A DNA stretch of 64,000 nucleotides from Abditibacterium sp. (GCA_965246885.1 OZ251992.1:1664001-1728000), one strand, 5' to 3'; positions 1 to 8,852 are shown, counted from the stretch's first letter. Notes: generated by a model not told the origin, from the letters alone. A program made the numbers and translations.

Positions 1-1
1 C

Positions 2-223
2 GCGACGGGCATCTCCGCCCTCGCTTCCGATGACGAAGGCCGCACATGGATCGGCACGCGCTCCGGCGTGTGGTGCCGCGACGCACGGGGGGCAATCACC
101 GCCCGCAACTTGGGCGATAAACGCGAAGTGCAAGTCTTACTGTGGACGCCCGACGGCCTGTGGATCGGCGCGCGCGATGGCCTCTCATTTCGCTCACGCG
201 CGATGCTTGACCACTTCTCGTAG
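2..223 (+). CDS. 3' end of a beta-propeller (two-component regulator propeller-like) protein, truncated by window start
   Basis: Frame 2 reads ATGISALASDDEGRTWIGTRSGVW...LLWTPDGLWIGARDGLSF...*; repeated D..G..WIG(T/A)..G units. Confidence 0.65.
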   Translation, partial: ATGISALASDDEGRTWIGTRSGVWCRDARGAITARNLGDKREVQVLLWTPDGLWIGARDGLSFRSRAMLDHFS

Positions 224-316
224 ACCGCAAAAAGCGGGGCTGCTGCCCTCTTCCAATCCAGTCGATGCAGTGCCCCGATTGGAAGAGGGCAGCAGCCCCG
301 CTTTTTGCGGTCTACG
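219..316. repeat. Perfect 40-bp inverted repeat (219-258 / 277-316, 18-nt loop), GTAG-type REP-doublet-like
   Basis: cgtagaccgcaaaaagcggggctgctgccctcttccaatc and its exact reverse complement. Confidence 0.9.
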
Positions 317-363
317 CGTTGTGGCGAATCGGGTGCATCAAGGGTTTCGATTTTTGAGGTTCT

Positions 364-1503
364 ATGCCCATTTCCACCATCAATTCGTATTTGAAAGTGA
401 TGCAACAGTTCGCGCAGCATTGGACGCAGGTCAACGCGCGCGGGCCACATCTCGCGGTTCGTTCTGACGAGGGGGACGAGGGGGACGAGGAGCGCGGAGC
501 GGCGCCGGGCGCGCCGTTCGTGTTGCCGGACGGTTACAGCTTGCAGCAGTTGCAAGCCGATCAGCAAACCCTCGCCACCCTCATCACGACGGCGACGGCG
601 CAAGGGGGCACCGCCAGCAACGCTTCGCAGGCGTACAAGGTGCTGCGCGCCAAGGTGCGCGGGCATTTGCAAATGCTGCGCGATTGGGTGTTGTTTTCGC
701 TGCCGGGTTCGTCGTATGCGCGGGCGTTTCCCAAATTGCCGCGCGACAGCAAAAACGATAAAAAGCTGTTCGCGGCGTTGGATGTCGGCCTGCAACTGTG
801 GACGCAGATTCGCAACGACCCGACGCTGCCTGATGCGTCCCGCTTTTTCAACTTGCGCGATGGCACCACCATCGTGGGGTATGGAAGCGAAATCTCCCAG
901 CTTCGCGCGCTGCAATCGTCCAGCACGAGCACCGGCAAAACGGCGGGCGTGTCGCGCGCCCAACGCGACGCGATGCTCTTGCCCATTCGCGCGCGGTTGG
1001 TCGCTTATCGTATGGGCATCCCCGCCATGCTCGGCCCGACCGACCCGCTCACGAAATCGTTGCCCAAGGTGTATGGCTCCAAAAGCGCCACGCCCGGCGC
1101 CGTGACCCTCACGGCCAATTACGACGCCGCCACCAAAACGGCGACCTTTGCGTGGACGGCTTCGAGCGACCCGAAAGTGGCGCGCTACCGCGTACGGATT
1201 TGCGTCGGCGCGAAGTGGAAAGAAGCCAACGTGCGCGCAAACGTGAACGTGGCGGTGAACACCCTGACATGGAGCACCAGCGATTTGGCGGCGGGCGGCA
1301 GCTACTGCGTCAAGGTCTACGCCGTTTTAAACAACGGCCAAGCGCGCGGCTCGCTTCCCGTCGCCCTGAGCATCCCCGCCGCCAAGAGCGCGACTCTTTC
1401 CCTGAGCGACCTGCTCGCCCACCCCTTCCCCACCGACAACCACGCGGGCGAATTAGTCGGGGTCAACGGCCACGCGAACGGACATGCGAACGGGCACATT
1501 TAA
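364..1503 (+). CDS. Hypothetical protein, helical N-domain plus C-terminal fibronectin type III-like domain, His-rich (ANGH)n tail
   Basis: 379-aa ORF; ATFAWTAS...YRVR...YCVKVYAV FN3-like pattern; followed by terminator. Confidence 0.7.
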   Translation: MPISTINSYLKVMQQFAQHWTQVNARGPHLAVRSDEGDEGDEERGAAPGAPFVLPDGYSLQQLQADQQTLATLITTATAQGGTASNASQAYKVLRAKVRGHLQMLRDWVLFSLPGSSYARAFPKLPRDSKNDKKLFAALDVGLQLWTQIRNDPTLPDASRFFNLRDGTTIVGYGSEISQLRALQSSSTSTGKTAGVSRAQRDAMLLPIRARLVAYRMGIPAMLGPTDPLTKSLPKVYGSKSATPGAVTLTANYDAATKTATFAWTASSDPKVARYRVRICVGAKWKEANVRANVNVAVNTLTWSTSDLAAGGSYCVKVYAVLNNGQARGSLPVALSIPAAKSATLSLSDLLAHPFPTDNHAGELVGVNGHANGHANGHI

Positions 1504-1506
1504 CGC

Positions 1507-1542
1507 CAAAAGCGCCGCGACTGAGAAGTCGCGGCGCTTTTG
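1507..1542. terminator. Bidirectional intrinsic terminator between convergent genes
   Basis: caaaagcgccgcgact-gaga-agtcgcggcgcttttg. Confidence 0.8.
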
Positions 1543-1545
1543 TTT

Positions 1546-1602
1546 GGAGTGCGCCCGTAAGGGCGTGGATGTCTCGCGTTTACGCCCTTACGGGCGCACT
1601 CC
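1546..1602. repeat. 21-bp inverted repeat, GGAG-type REP-doublet-like
   Basis: ggagtgcgcccgtaagggcgt (1546-1566) / acgcccttacgggcgcactcc (1582-1602); each arm holds its own GCCC-N4-GGGC hairpin. Confidence 0.8.
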
Positions 1603-1605
1603 GAA

Positions 1606-2622
1606 CTACAAGCCCCGGCTGGCCATGTGGTTGATGAGGTCGGCGACGCGGTTGGAGTAGCCCCACTCGTTGTCATACCAACTGAAGACTTTGAGGAAGT
1701 GGTCGCCCATCGTGAGGGTGGACTTGGCGTCCACAATCGAGGAGAACGGGTTGCCTTTGAAGTCCACGCTGACGAGTTCTTCGTGTTCGACGTGCAAGAT
1801 GCCTTTCATCGGGCCATCGGCGGCGGCTTGGAAGGCGGCGTTGATGGTGTCAACCGTGACGGGACGGGTGGTGTTCACGGTCAAGTCAACGATGGACACG
1901 ACGGGCGTTGGGACGCGAATCGAGGTGCCGTGCATTTTGCCCTTGAGTTCGGGAATGACGAGCGCGATGGCTTTGGCGGCGCCGGTCGAAGTCGGAATCA
2001 TGCTTTGCGTGGCGGAGCGGGCGCGACGGATGTCTTCGTGGACTTGGTCTTGGATGCGCTGGTCATTGGTGTAAGCGTGGATGGTGGTCATCAGGCCGGT
2101 TTCAATGCCGAAAGTGTCGAGCAAAACTTTGGCGATGGGCGCGAGGCAGTTCGTCGTGCAACTCGCGTTCGAGATGACGTAGTGCTTGGCGGGGTCGTAA
2201 AGGTCGGCGTTGACGCCCATGAGGAGCGTGGCGTCCTCGTTTTTGGCGGGCGCCGAAATCACGACGCGCTTGGCGCCGCCTTCGTCTATGTGAGCGCGCG
2301 CTTTGTGGGCGTCGGTGAAAAACCCGGTGGATTCGACGACGACATCCACGCCCATGCTGCCCCAAGGAATGTTGCCGGGGTTGCGCTCGGCAAAAACCCG
2401 GACATGTTCGCCGTCCACGATGAAGCCGTTCTCTTCGAGTTCGACCGAGTGCTTGAAGTGGCCGTAGTTAGAATCGTGCTTGAGCAGATGGGCGTTGGTT
2501 TTGGGGTCTGAAAGGTCATTGATGGCGACGACGTCTATCTGGTCGCCGTAGCGTTCGGTGAGCGCGCGAAAGGTGATGCGCCCGATGCGTCCGAACCCGT
2601 TGATACCGACTTTAATTGGCAT
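1606..2622 (-). CDS. gap: Type I glyceraldehyde-3-phosphate dehydrogenase
   Basis: [20 protein letters not shown] active site, WYDNEWGYS. Confidence 0.98.
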   Translation of the reverse strand: MPIKVGINGFGRIGRITFRALTERYGDQIDVVAINDLSDPKTNAHLLKHDSNYGHFKHSVELEENGFIVDGEHVRVFAERNPGNIPWGSMGVDVVVESTGFFTDAHKARAHIDEGGAKRVVISAPAKNEDATLLMGVNADLYDPAKHYVISNASCTTNCLAPIAKVLLDTFGIETGLMTTIHAYTNDQRIQDQVHEDIRRARSATQSMIPTSTGAAKAIALVIPELKGKMHGTSIRVPTPVVSIVDLTVNTTRPVTVDTINAAFQAAADGPMKGILHVEHEELVSVDFKGNPFSSIVDAKSTLTMGDHFLKVFSWYDNEWGYSNRVADLINHMASRGL

Positions 2623-2721
2623 GATGTGGTGAAAAGCTCCTCCCTCGCCCCGCCATTAAGTGGGGCAGTCAAAGCGCCGCGAGTATACAAGAGCCGTTTT
2701 TCCGGCTTTTAAACTGGGGGC

Positions 2722-3609
2722 ATGAGCGATTTTTTGTTGGAGAGTTGGGAAGTGCCGCGCAACGCGGATACAAGTAAAAAGCTCCTGTGGGCCGACTTTG
2801 GCCCGGTTGAGTGGAACAGCGAAAAGACCTTGGTCGCGGCACTTGGCGTGCGACTCCAATCGGGCGCAGTAGTCGCGTTCTTCTACCCTGAAGGGGTTGA
2901 GGCCAATTTCGCGGTGCTGATTAGTCAATCGCTTTGCCCCTTTAACGCGCGATTGGACGGCGGCAAATTGGAGCGTGTCGTAAGGAAGGCCATTAGAGGG
3001 GAGGAGTTCTCCTTCGGGCGATTCTTTCATCTGGAAGGGCAAACGTGTTTGATGCGCGCGAGCGAGACAAGCTGGGTCGCGCCGCGCAAGCAGCAGTCAG
3101 ATTCCGTGTTTAGCTTGCCTTTCGACGTTTTGGCTGACCCATCGGCGCGGGTCTTCGACTGGCTGCAAACACAGTGGAATATTTCCAACTCCGAAGTACG
3201 CTTTTCGTGGGAGTGGAACCGTAAAAGCCCATCCCAGCGCCAAACATTCTTGGAAGAACACGTTCCGCGTTGGCGCGAATTATCTGAAATGATGCGCTTC
3301 GCTGCGATTGTGGAAGAGTTGCCTTCGGAAGCGTTATGGATATTAGATCATGTTGACACCTACAATCACTCGCCCGACCTTTTGGCTCGGCTTAAGCCTT
3401 GGCGAGAGTTGCTCTGCGCGCATTTTCTTCCGTTCGAGCCGTTTCCCGTATCGGCGCCGGAGTGTTTGCGCGACTACTTCGCGTTCATCTCGAACCACGT
3501 CTCAGTTGTAGGCCAACCGTTAACTCGACACGAGCGCCTTGAAGCGCGGCTTCACTTGCGCGAGTGGCTCGAACGGAACGCGCCAGAGCGGATGGAATTG
3601 TTGCCTTGA
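2722..3609 (+). CDS. Hypothetical protein, paralog family with C-terminal HERLEARLxLRxWLERNAPERME motif
   Basis: 295-aa ORF; TAAACT 6 nt before ATG; C-terminus shared with next gene. Confidence 0.7.
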   Translation: MSDFLLESWEVPRNADTSKKLLWADFGPVEWNSEKTLVAALGVRLQSGAVVAFFYPEGVEANFAVLISQSLCPFNARLDGGKLERVVRKAIRGEEFSFGRFFHLEGQTCLMRASETSWVAPRKQQSDSVFSLPFDVLADPSARVFDWLQTQWNISNSEVRFSWEWNRKSPSQRQTFLEEHVPRWRELSEMMRFAAIVEELPSEALWILDHVDTYNHSPDLLARLKPWRELLCAHFLPFEPFPVSAPECLRDYFAFISNHVSVVGQPLTRHERLEARLHLREWLERNAPERMELLP

Positions 3610-4592
3610 ACGCGAGCGGTGGAAACTGGGAGTATGCTTGAGTTCAAGTTGGAGCCTTGGGAATGTTTGTCTTCGGAGGCCTCCGCCGAGCCGGATGCCC
3701 TCGCCGAGGTTGTTTGGCGTGGCGCGCGGCGCATGATGATGTTGCGCGTCGTGCGCTTCAAGGCTCTTGCTGACTACGGCTACACCTTCGCCCGCGAAGT
3801 CGGCTCAAACTGCGTGGGAAGTTGGCTGCTTGTGGAACGGTGCGGCGAACGCTGGGAGCCTTGGAATCGCGGGCGAGGTGAAAGACTTCCACTCGAAAGC
3901 GCCTTTGGAGGGGTGGAAAGCGGCGAGGTCGAACTGGCGCGCTTCTGCAAGGTGGAACACCTCGGATTAAGGCGCAACGCCTTCACTTTGTCGAGCGGGG
4001 AGAGCGTGTGGTTCAGCGTCGGGGAGCATTATCAAGTGCCGTTCGACCTCTTCTTGAGCCAAGAAGAGTTCTTTGGGGATGGTGAGGCCCACTTTCGGCG
4101 GCTCGTGGAAGAGTTCGTGCGGCCCGACTCCGATGCGCGCTTTTCCATGAACTGGATGCTTTGGTCAACGGACGACGAGCAGGAATACCTATTTGGAAGT
4201 GCGGGGTTCCGAGAATTGAAAGCGTTGTTGCGCTCTGTTCTTTGGAGCGAACCCCGCATCTGGCAACTGGCCGACCATTTCCAGTGGAAGTTGTGGGAAG
4301 AGGGCAGGGGGTATAGTCGCTTCTACTCGATTACAAAGTCAGTGGCTGACACCTTGAGGAATGATCTGCCACGCTTGCAAGGCATCGCGGAAGAGATCGT
4401 TCGCAAATGGCCGTTAGCCGTTTCGCAGCACGACTTAGACGCGCATCGTTGCTTGCGGGAGAGCCTACGCGGGAACCGCTACTGGCCGCTCGTCGAAGTG
4501 CGTTCGCCCCTTCATCTATCAGCCCACGAGCGCCTTGAAGCGCGCCTTCAATTGCGCGATTGGCTCGAACGGAACGCGCCAGAGCGGATGGA
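3529..4592 (+). repeat. 68-bp direct repeat pair (3529-3596 and 4525-4592), 65/68 identical
   Basis: cacgagcgccttgaagcgcg(g/c)cttca(c/a)ttgcgcga(g/t)tggctcgaacggaacgcgccagagcggatgga. Confidence 0.9.
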
Positions 4593-4611
4593 GGAGCTTT
4601 TGCCTTCCTGA
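3619..4611 (+). CDS. Hypothetical protein, second member of the same family (start may be ATG 3634)
   Basis: 330-aa ORF 9 nt after previous stop; same C-terminal motif. Confidence 0.7.
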   Translation: METGSMLEFKLEPWECLSSEASAEPDALAEVVWRGARRMMMLRVVRFKALADYGYTFAREVGSNCVGSWLLVERCGERWEPWNRGRGERLPLESAFGGVESGEVELARFCKVEHLGLRRNAFTLSSGESVWFSVGEHYQVPFDLFLSQEEFFGDGEAHFRRLVEEFVRPDSDARFSMNWMLWSTDDEQEYLFGSAGFRELKALLRSVLWSEPRIWQLADHFQWKLWEEGRGYSRFYSITKSVADTLRNDLPRLQGIAEEIVRKWPLAVSQHDLDAHRCLRESLRGNRYWPLVEVRSPLHLSAHERLEARLQLRDWLERNAPERMEELLPS

Positions 4612-5765
4612 GCCGCGCGACCTTGCCACCAGAGTAGGGCGAGGGCGGGGGCGTAGAAGAAGAGTTGCATGAGAACGGGGCAGGCTTGGAAGAGGCCGAA
4701 CGGCAAATCGGCGGGGAAGGCGAGGGGGTTGATGCCGAAAAACAGGAACACCCACGCGAAGCCGAGCCACTGGGCGCCGAGGAGAGCCGCCATTTGGCGG
4801 GCGTTGCGCGGGACGAGCATCAAGGGCAGCGTGTCGTAAAAGAACAGGTGCTGCGGCACGAGGCCCATGCCCAGCAGCAGCTTGCCGCCCGGTTTGCGAA
4901 CTTTCGGGAGCGCGAGAAGTAGCAGGAGCCAGCCGACGCCGTGCAAAAAGGGCGACGAGTAGGGCTGTTCCGTTTGGGCACGCACGGCGGCGAGCCAATC
5001 GCGCGGCCACGACGGAAGGAGCGCGAACGAGATGGCCAATAACAGTCCCGCGAGCGTGAGAAGCCCCACCCATTCGCGCCGCGACCGCTTCTTTTCGAGG
5101 GCGTGGAGCAGGAGCGGCAGGGCGATAGTTGGCTTGGCGACGCCCAAACCGAGGAGTGCGAAAAACCCCGCGCCCGCCGTCAGAAGCGGCGCCCACTGGC
5201 CGACATTCAAGGCGACATGAAACGCCGGTGACAAGAGAATTCCCAACTTCCAAGGCGCGAAATCGGCGCAAAAGAGCAGCGACGCCGCCAATAGCGCGCC
5301 GCTCACGCCCATAAAAACTGCTCCTGCCAACGCCGGAGACAACGGGCCGCACCATGCCGGGGGAAGCGGATACCTCGCTCCCCACGCGCGCAAGCGCGCC
5401 GGGTCGCCGCTCCGTTCGGCAGCGCGGCGCGCGGCTTCGGCAGGGGGCGTGCTCCAAGGCGGGCCAGCAATCAGGCGCTCATCCGGCCCCGCGAACAACG
5501 AGAATGGCCACGCGACAACCGCCGCCGGAAGCGGCGAGGGAAAGGGCGTTTGAAACGGGAAACGCCGCGTTTTGCCGACCGTCGGGTCACGGTAAGGGTT
5601 CAATCCCGCTCGCAAACGCGCCCCCGCCCGCAGGGGGAACGAAAAGTCCGACGCTTCCGCGTCGCGCCGCGCGATTTGAAACCACGACACGCCAAAGCAA
5701 AGGGCGCCGATAAAAAGGGCTAAAGCGACTTTGCCCGCTTGAGATGAAAGGAAACGCGCGCGCAC
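4548..5765 (-). CDS. Polytopic membrane protein, GT87/DUF2029-like (GT-C) glycosyltransferase
   Basis: Multiple TM segments; DF...G.NPY, NVGQW, KP motifs; TAAAAT 7 nt upstream of GTG; overlaps convergent gene by 64 nt. Confidence 0.55.
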   Translation of the reverse strand: MRARFLSSQAGKVALALFIGALCFGVSWFQIARRDAEASDFSFPLRAGARLRAGLNPYRDPTVGKTRRFPFQTPFPSPLPAAVVAWPFSLFAGPDERLIAGPPWSTPPAEAARRAAERSGDPARLRAWGARYPLPPAWCGPLSPALAGAVFMGVSGALLAASLLFCADFAPWKLGILLSPAFHVALNVGQWAPLLTAGAGFFALLGLGVAKPTIALPLLLHALEKKRSRREWVGLLTLAGLLLAISFALLPSWPRDWLAAVRAQTEQPYSSPFLHGVGWLLLLLALPKVRKPGGKLLLGMGLVPQHLFFYDTLPLMLVPRNARQMAALLGAQWLGFAWVFLFFGINPLAFPADLPFGLFQACPVLMQLFFYAPALALLWWQGRAAQEGKSSSIRSGAFRSSQSRN

Positions 5766-5783
5766 GGCGGGTATTTTACGGGG

Positions 5784-6110
5784 TTAGTCGCCGCGTGCAG
5801 GCTCTCCCGTCACCATTGCCATTAAGTCGCCTACCGTCTTGTGCGCTTCCAAGTCGTGGCGCAGAGGAATGGCGGGGTTGACTTCGTAGCGGTTGCGGCG
5901 GCCATCGCGGGAGCGGGCGATAACGCCTCCGGCTTCGAGGTCGCTCACGATGCGCTGCACGGCGCGCTCGGTGATGCCCACCCGCATCGCCACTTCGCGC
6001 AGCGTGTCGTCGCGGCCCTCGGCCAGACACAACAGGACGTGCGCGTGGTTGGTGAGAAACGTCCAGCCCGTCTCCACTTTGGGCAATGGTGTATCGAGCG
6101 TGCCGTTCAT
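5784..6110 (-). CDS. Winged-helix (MarR/ArsR-like) transcriptional regulator
   Basis: WTFLTNHAHVLLC...TLREVA.RVGITERAVQRIV.DLE..G.I.R.R.GRRNRY; divergent from icd; start taken at ATG 6110. Confidence 0.85.
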   Translation of the reverse strand: MNGTLDTPLPKVETGWTFLTNHAHVLLCLAEGRDDTLREVAMRVGITERAVQRIVSDLEAGGVIARSRDGRRNRYEVNPAIPLRHDLEAHKTVGDLMAMVTGEPARGD

Positions 6111-6143
6111 AGAACGGCACAGACGCACCGCCCTCGCGCAAGA

Positions 6144-6198
6144 TTCGCAAAAAATAATTCACGAAAACCTTGTCGTGTCTTTTGTTTCGGGTTATGCT
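6144..6198. promoter_or_regulatory. Candidate operator/promoter between regulator and icd
   Basis: CACGA-N8-TCGTG (6160-6177) within ~14-nt-spaced TTC(G/A)-like units; TATGCT -10-like at 6193-6198. Confidence 0.4.
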
Positions 6199-6227
6199 AT
6201 TTCCCGCCGAAGGGAAGTCGGCGAATT

Positions 6228-7688
6228 ATGGCATCACTCAATCAATCAGCGCCCATCGCAGTGGCTTATGGCGACGGCATCGGGCCGGAAATCATGGACG
6301 CAACGCTCCGCGTCCTCCATGCTGCGGGCGCGCGCATCGAAACCACCGTTGTCGAAATCGGGCAACGCGCTTATGAGCGCGGTCACAGCGCCGGGATTGC
6401 GCCGGAAACGTGGCAGGTATTGGAGCAAAGCGCCGCGTTCCTCAAGTCCCCGATTATGACGCCCCAAGGCGGCGGCTTCAAATCGCTCAACGTCACCGTC
6501 CGCAAAACGCTCGGACTTTATGCCAACGTGCGGCCTTGCGTGGCGTATGCGCCCTATGTCCAAACCAAGCACCCGAAGATGGACGTGGTGATCGTGCGCG
6601 AGAACGAGGAGGATGTCTACGCGGGCATCGAGCACCGCCAAACCGAAGACGTGATGCAGTGTTTGAAGCTCATCACTCGTCCGGGCTGCGAGAAAATCGT
6701 GCGCTACGCTTTTGAATACGCCCGCGCTCACGGCCGCAAGCGCGTCACCTGCTTCACCAAAGACAACATCATGAAGCTGACGGACGGGCTGTTTCACCGC
6801 GTCTTCGACGAAATCGCGCACGAATACCCCGACATCGAGAACGACCACATGATTGTGGACATCGGGGCCGCAAAGCTCGCCGATACACCCGAAGCGTTCG
6901 ATGTTATCGTGATGCCGAACCTGTATGGCGACATTTTGTCGGACGTTGCCGCCCAGATTGCGGGGTCTATTGGCCTCGCCGGAACCGCCAACATCGGGGC
7001 GGGCGGCGCCATGTTCGAGGCCATTCACGGCAGCGCCCCCGACATCGCGGGGCGAAACATCGCCAACCCGTCCGGGTTAATTCTCTCCGCCGTTATGATG
7101 CTGGTTCACGTCGGGCAGGGCGACATAGCGACGACCATCCACAACGCTTGGCTCAAAGCCCTCGAAGATGGGCAGCACACGGGCGATGTTTGGAACGCCG
7201 AAACGAGCCGCGCGAAGCTTGGCACGCGCGAGTTCGCCGACGCGGTCATTGAGCGGCTGGGCCAAAAGCCGGGGCACTTCACCCCCGCCGATTATCCGCT
7301 CGAAGCTAAAGCCGACGTTGTGCCCGCCAAAACTGCGAGTTGGAAGCCGCCCGCGCGCAAGGAAATCGTCGGCGTTGATATGTTCCTGCAATATCGCGGC
7401 GCACCGGGCGACTTGGGCGACCGCTTGTGGAAGGTGGGCACGGGGAATCTTAACTTGCAGATGGTGACGAATCGCGGCGTCAAGGTGTGGCCCGACCCGC
7501 ACCCCAACACCTTTTGCACCGATCACTGGCGTTGCCGCTTTATGGCGCCGCCCGCGCACACTATCTCCAATTTGCAAATCCTCTCCTTGTACGCGCGCTT
7601 GATAGACGACGGCTTCGATGTCATCAAGACCGAGAACCTGTGCACCTTTGATGGCGCCCCCGGCTACTCGATGGGCCAAGGGCAGTAA
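6228..7688 (+). CDS. icd: NADP-dependent isocitrate dehydrogenase with C-terminal extension domain
   Basis: GDGIGPEI, GGGFKSLNVTVRK, RENEED, KDNIMK, NLYGDILSD, FEAIHGSAPDIAG; true start ATG 6228. Confidence 0.93.
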   Translation: MASLNQSAPIAVAYGDGIGPEIMDATLRVLHAAGARIETTVVEIGQRAYERGHSAGIAPETWQVLEQSAAFLKSPIMTPQGGGFKSLNVTVRKTLGLYANVRPCVAYAPYVQTKHPKMDVVIVRENEEDVYAGIEHRQTEDVMQCLKLITRPGCEKIVRYAFEYARAHGRKRVTCFTKDNIMKLTDGLFHRVFDEIAHEYPDIENDHMIVDIGAAKLADTPEAFDVIVMPNLYGDILSDVAAQIAGSIGLAGTANIGAGGAMFEAIHGSAPDIAGRNIANPSGLILSAVMMLVHVGQGDIATTIHNAWLKALEDGQHTGDVWNAETSRAKLGTREFADAVIERLGQKPGHFTPADYPLEAKADVVPAKTASWKPPARKEIVGVDMFLQYRGAPGDLGDRLWKVGTGNLNLQMVTNRGVKVWPDPHPNTFCTDHWRCRFMAPPAHTISNLQILSLYARLIDDGFDVIKTENLCTFDGAPGYSMGQGQ

Positions 7689-7708
7689 AGCAAACGGAAT
7701 ACCGGGTC

Positions 7709-7855
7709 AATTCTTCCGTCGGCGCGCATGGGCGGACGGAAGAATTAGGCGCGCCGCCAAAAGAATTAGCTGCGCCGCCGAAAGAATTAGCTAATTCTTC
7801 GAGGAATTAGCTGCGCCGACAACAAAATCACCCGCGCCGACGAGCGGCGCGGGTG
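7709..7855. repeat. 21-nt-period intergenic array (aagaattagctgcgccgccga consensus) with palindromes
   Basis: Units at 7740, 7761, 7782, 7802; 18-bp palindrome aagaattagctaattctt 7782-7799; hairpins 7709-7746 and 7829-7855. Confidence 0.8.
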
Positions 7856-7871
7856 GGTGACTCATAAAATC

Positions 7872-8852
7872 ATGAACATTTCTCTCTTACTGACCAACAT
7901 TTTGCAGCCGCCGGTACTGTTTTTCGGGTTGGGTTTGGCGGCGATTGTGTCGCGCGCGCGGCTGGAGATTCCCGCTTCTCTGGTCAAAGCGATGTCGCTG
8001 TATTTGCTCCTCGCGATTGGCTTCAAGGGCGGCGTCGAACTGCGGGCGAGCGGACTGACGCCACTGGTCATCATGGAAATGCTGGCGGCCATTGCCCTCG
8101 CGTGCTCGGTTCCGGTGTGGACGTTTTTCGTGGCGCGGCGCAAGTTGGATGTGGCGAACGCGGCGGCAGTCGCGGCGACGTACGGTTCGGTTTCGGCGGT
8201 CACGTTTATCGCGGCGACGAGCTTTTTGGACACCTTGAAAGTGGCGCACGGCGGCCACATGGTCGCGGCGATGGCCTTGATGGAAGCGCCCGCCATCGTT
8301 GTCGGCCTCGCTTTGGCGCGCAAGTTCGGCGCGATGAACACCGAGTCGGGCGGCAAGGGCGACTGGAAAGAAGTCTTGCAGGACGCCTTCTTGAATGGCA
8401 GCGTGTTCATGCTCGCCGGTTCGTTCGTCATCGGATTATTGACGGGCGAGTCGGGGAAAGCGGCGCTCAACCCGTTCACCGGCGACATCTTCAAGGGCGT
8501 GTTGTGCTTGTTCCTGTTGGAGATGGGCTTGACGGCGGGCAAGAAATGGGTAGACCTTAAAGGCGTGGGCGCTTTCCCGCTCGCGTGGGGCTTGTGCGCG
8601 CCCCCAATGCACGCAATGCTGGCGCTTGGATTGGCCTACGCCCTCCATATGCCGCCGGGGGACGCGCTTTTGCTCACCATTTTGGGCGCGAGTGCATCCT
8701 ACATTGCCGTTCCTGCGGCCATGCGTATCGCGCTCCCGGAAGCCAACCCCGGTTTGTATGTTTCGATGGCGCTGGCCATTACCTTCCCGTTCAATCTGTT
8801 GGTCGGCATGCCGCTTTATTATGCCGCGATTCGGGCGCTGTGGCGGGTGTGA
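7872..8852 (+). CDS. sbtA: Sodium-dependent bicarbonate transport family permease (SbtA-like)
   Basis: PPVLFF.LG, YLLLAIGFKGG, ATYGSVSAVTF, ASASYIAVPAAMR, ITFPFN. Confidence 0.9.
   Translation: MNISLLLTNILQPPVLFFGLGLAAIVSRARLEIPASLVKAMSLYLLLAIGFKGGVELRASGLTPLVIMEMLAAIALACSVPVWTFFVARRKLDVANAAAVAATYGSVSAVTFIAATSFLDTLKVAHGGHMVAAMALMEAPAIVVGLALARKFGAMNTESGGKGDWKEVLQDAFLNGSVFMLAGSFVIGLLTGESGKAALNPFTGDIFKGVLCLFLLEMGLTAGKKWVDLKGVGAFPLAWGLCAPPMHAMLALGLAYALHMPPGDALLLTILGASASYIAVPAAMRIALPEANPGLYVSMALAITFPFNLLVGMPLYYAAIRALWRV

Noticed and set aside
3529..4592. 68-bp repeat pair as a diversity-generating retroelement TR/VR
   Set aside because: No reverse transcriptase in the window, both copies are coding, and the three mismatches (G/C, C/A, G/T) are not adenine-specific.
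5841..6227. Long N-terminal extensions in the ORF track (icd, Mn catalase, yvcK, actD, thiL, cinA, 61111 ORF)
   Set aside because: They overlap other genes or repeats; family motifs begin at the downstream starts used.
7740..7822. 21-nt repeats as a CRISPR array (also 19650, 45551, 61014)
   Set aside because: Units are contiguous and degenerate with no unique spacers, and there are no cas genes in the window.
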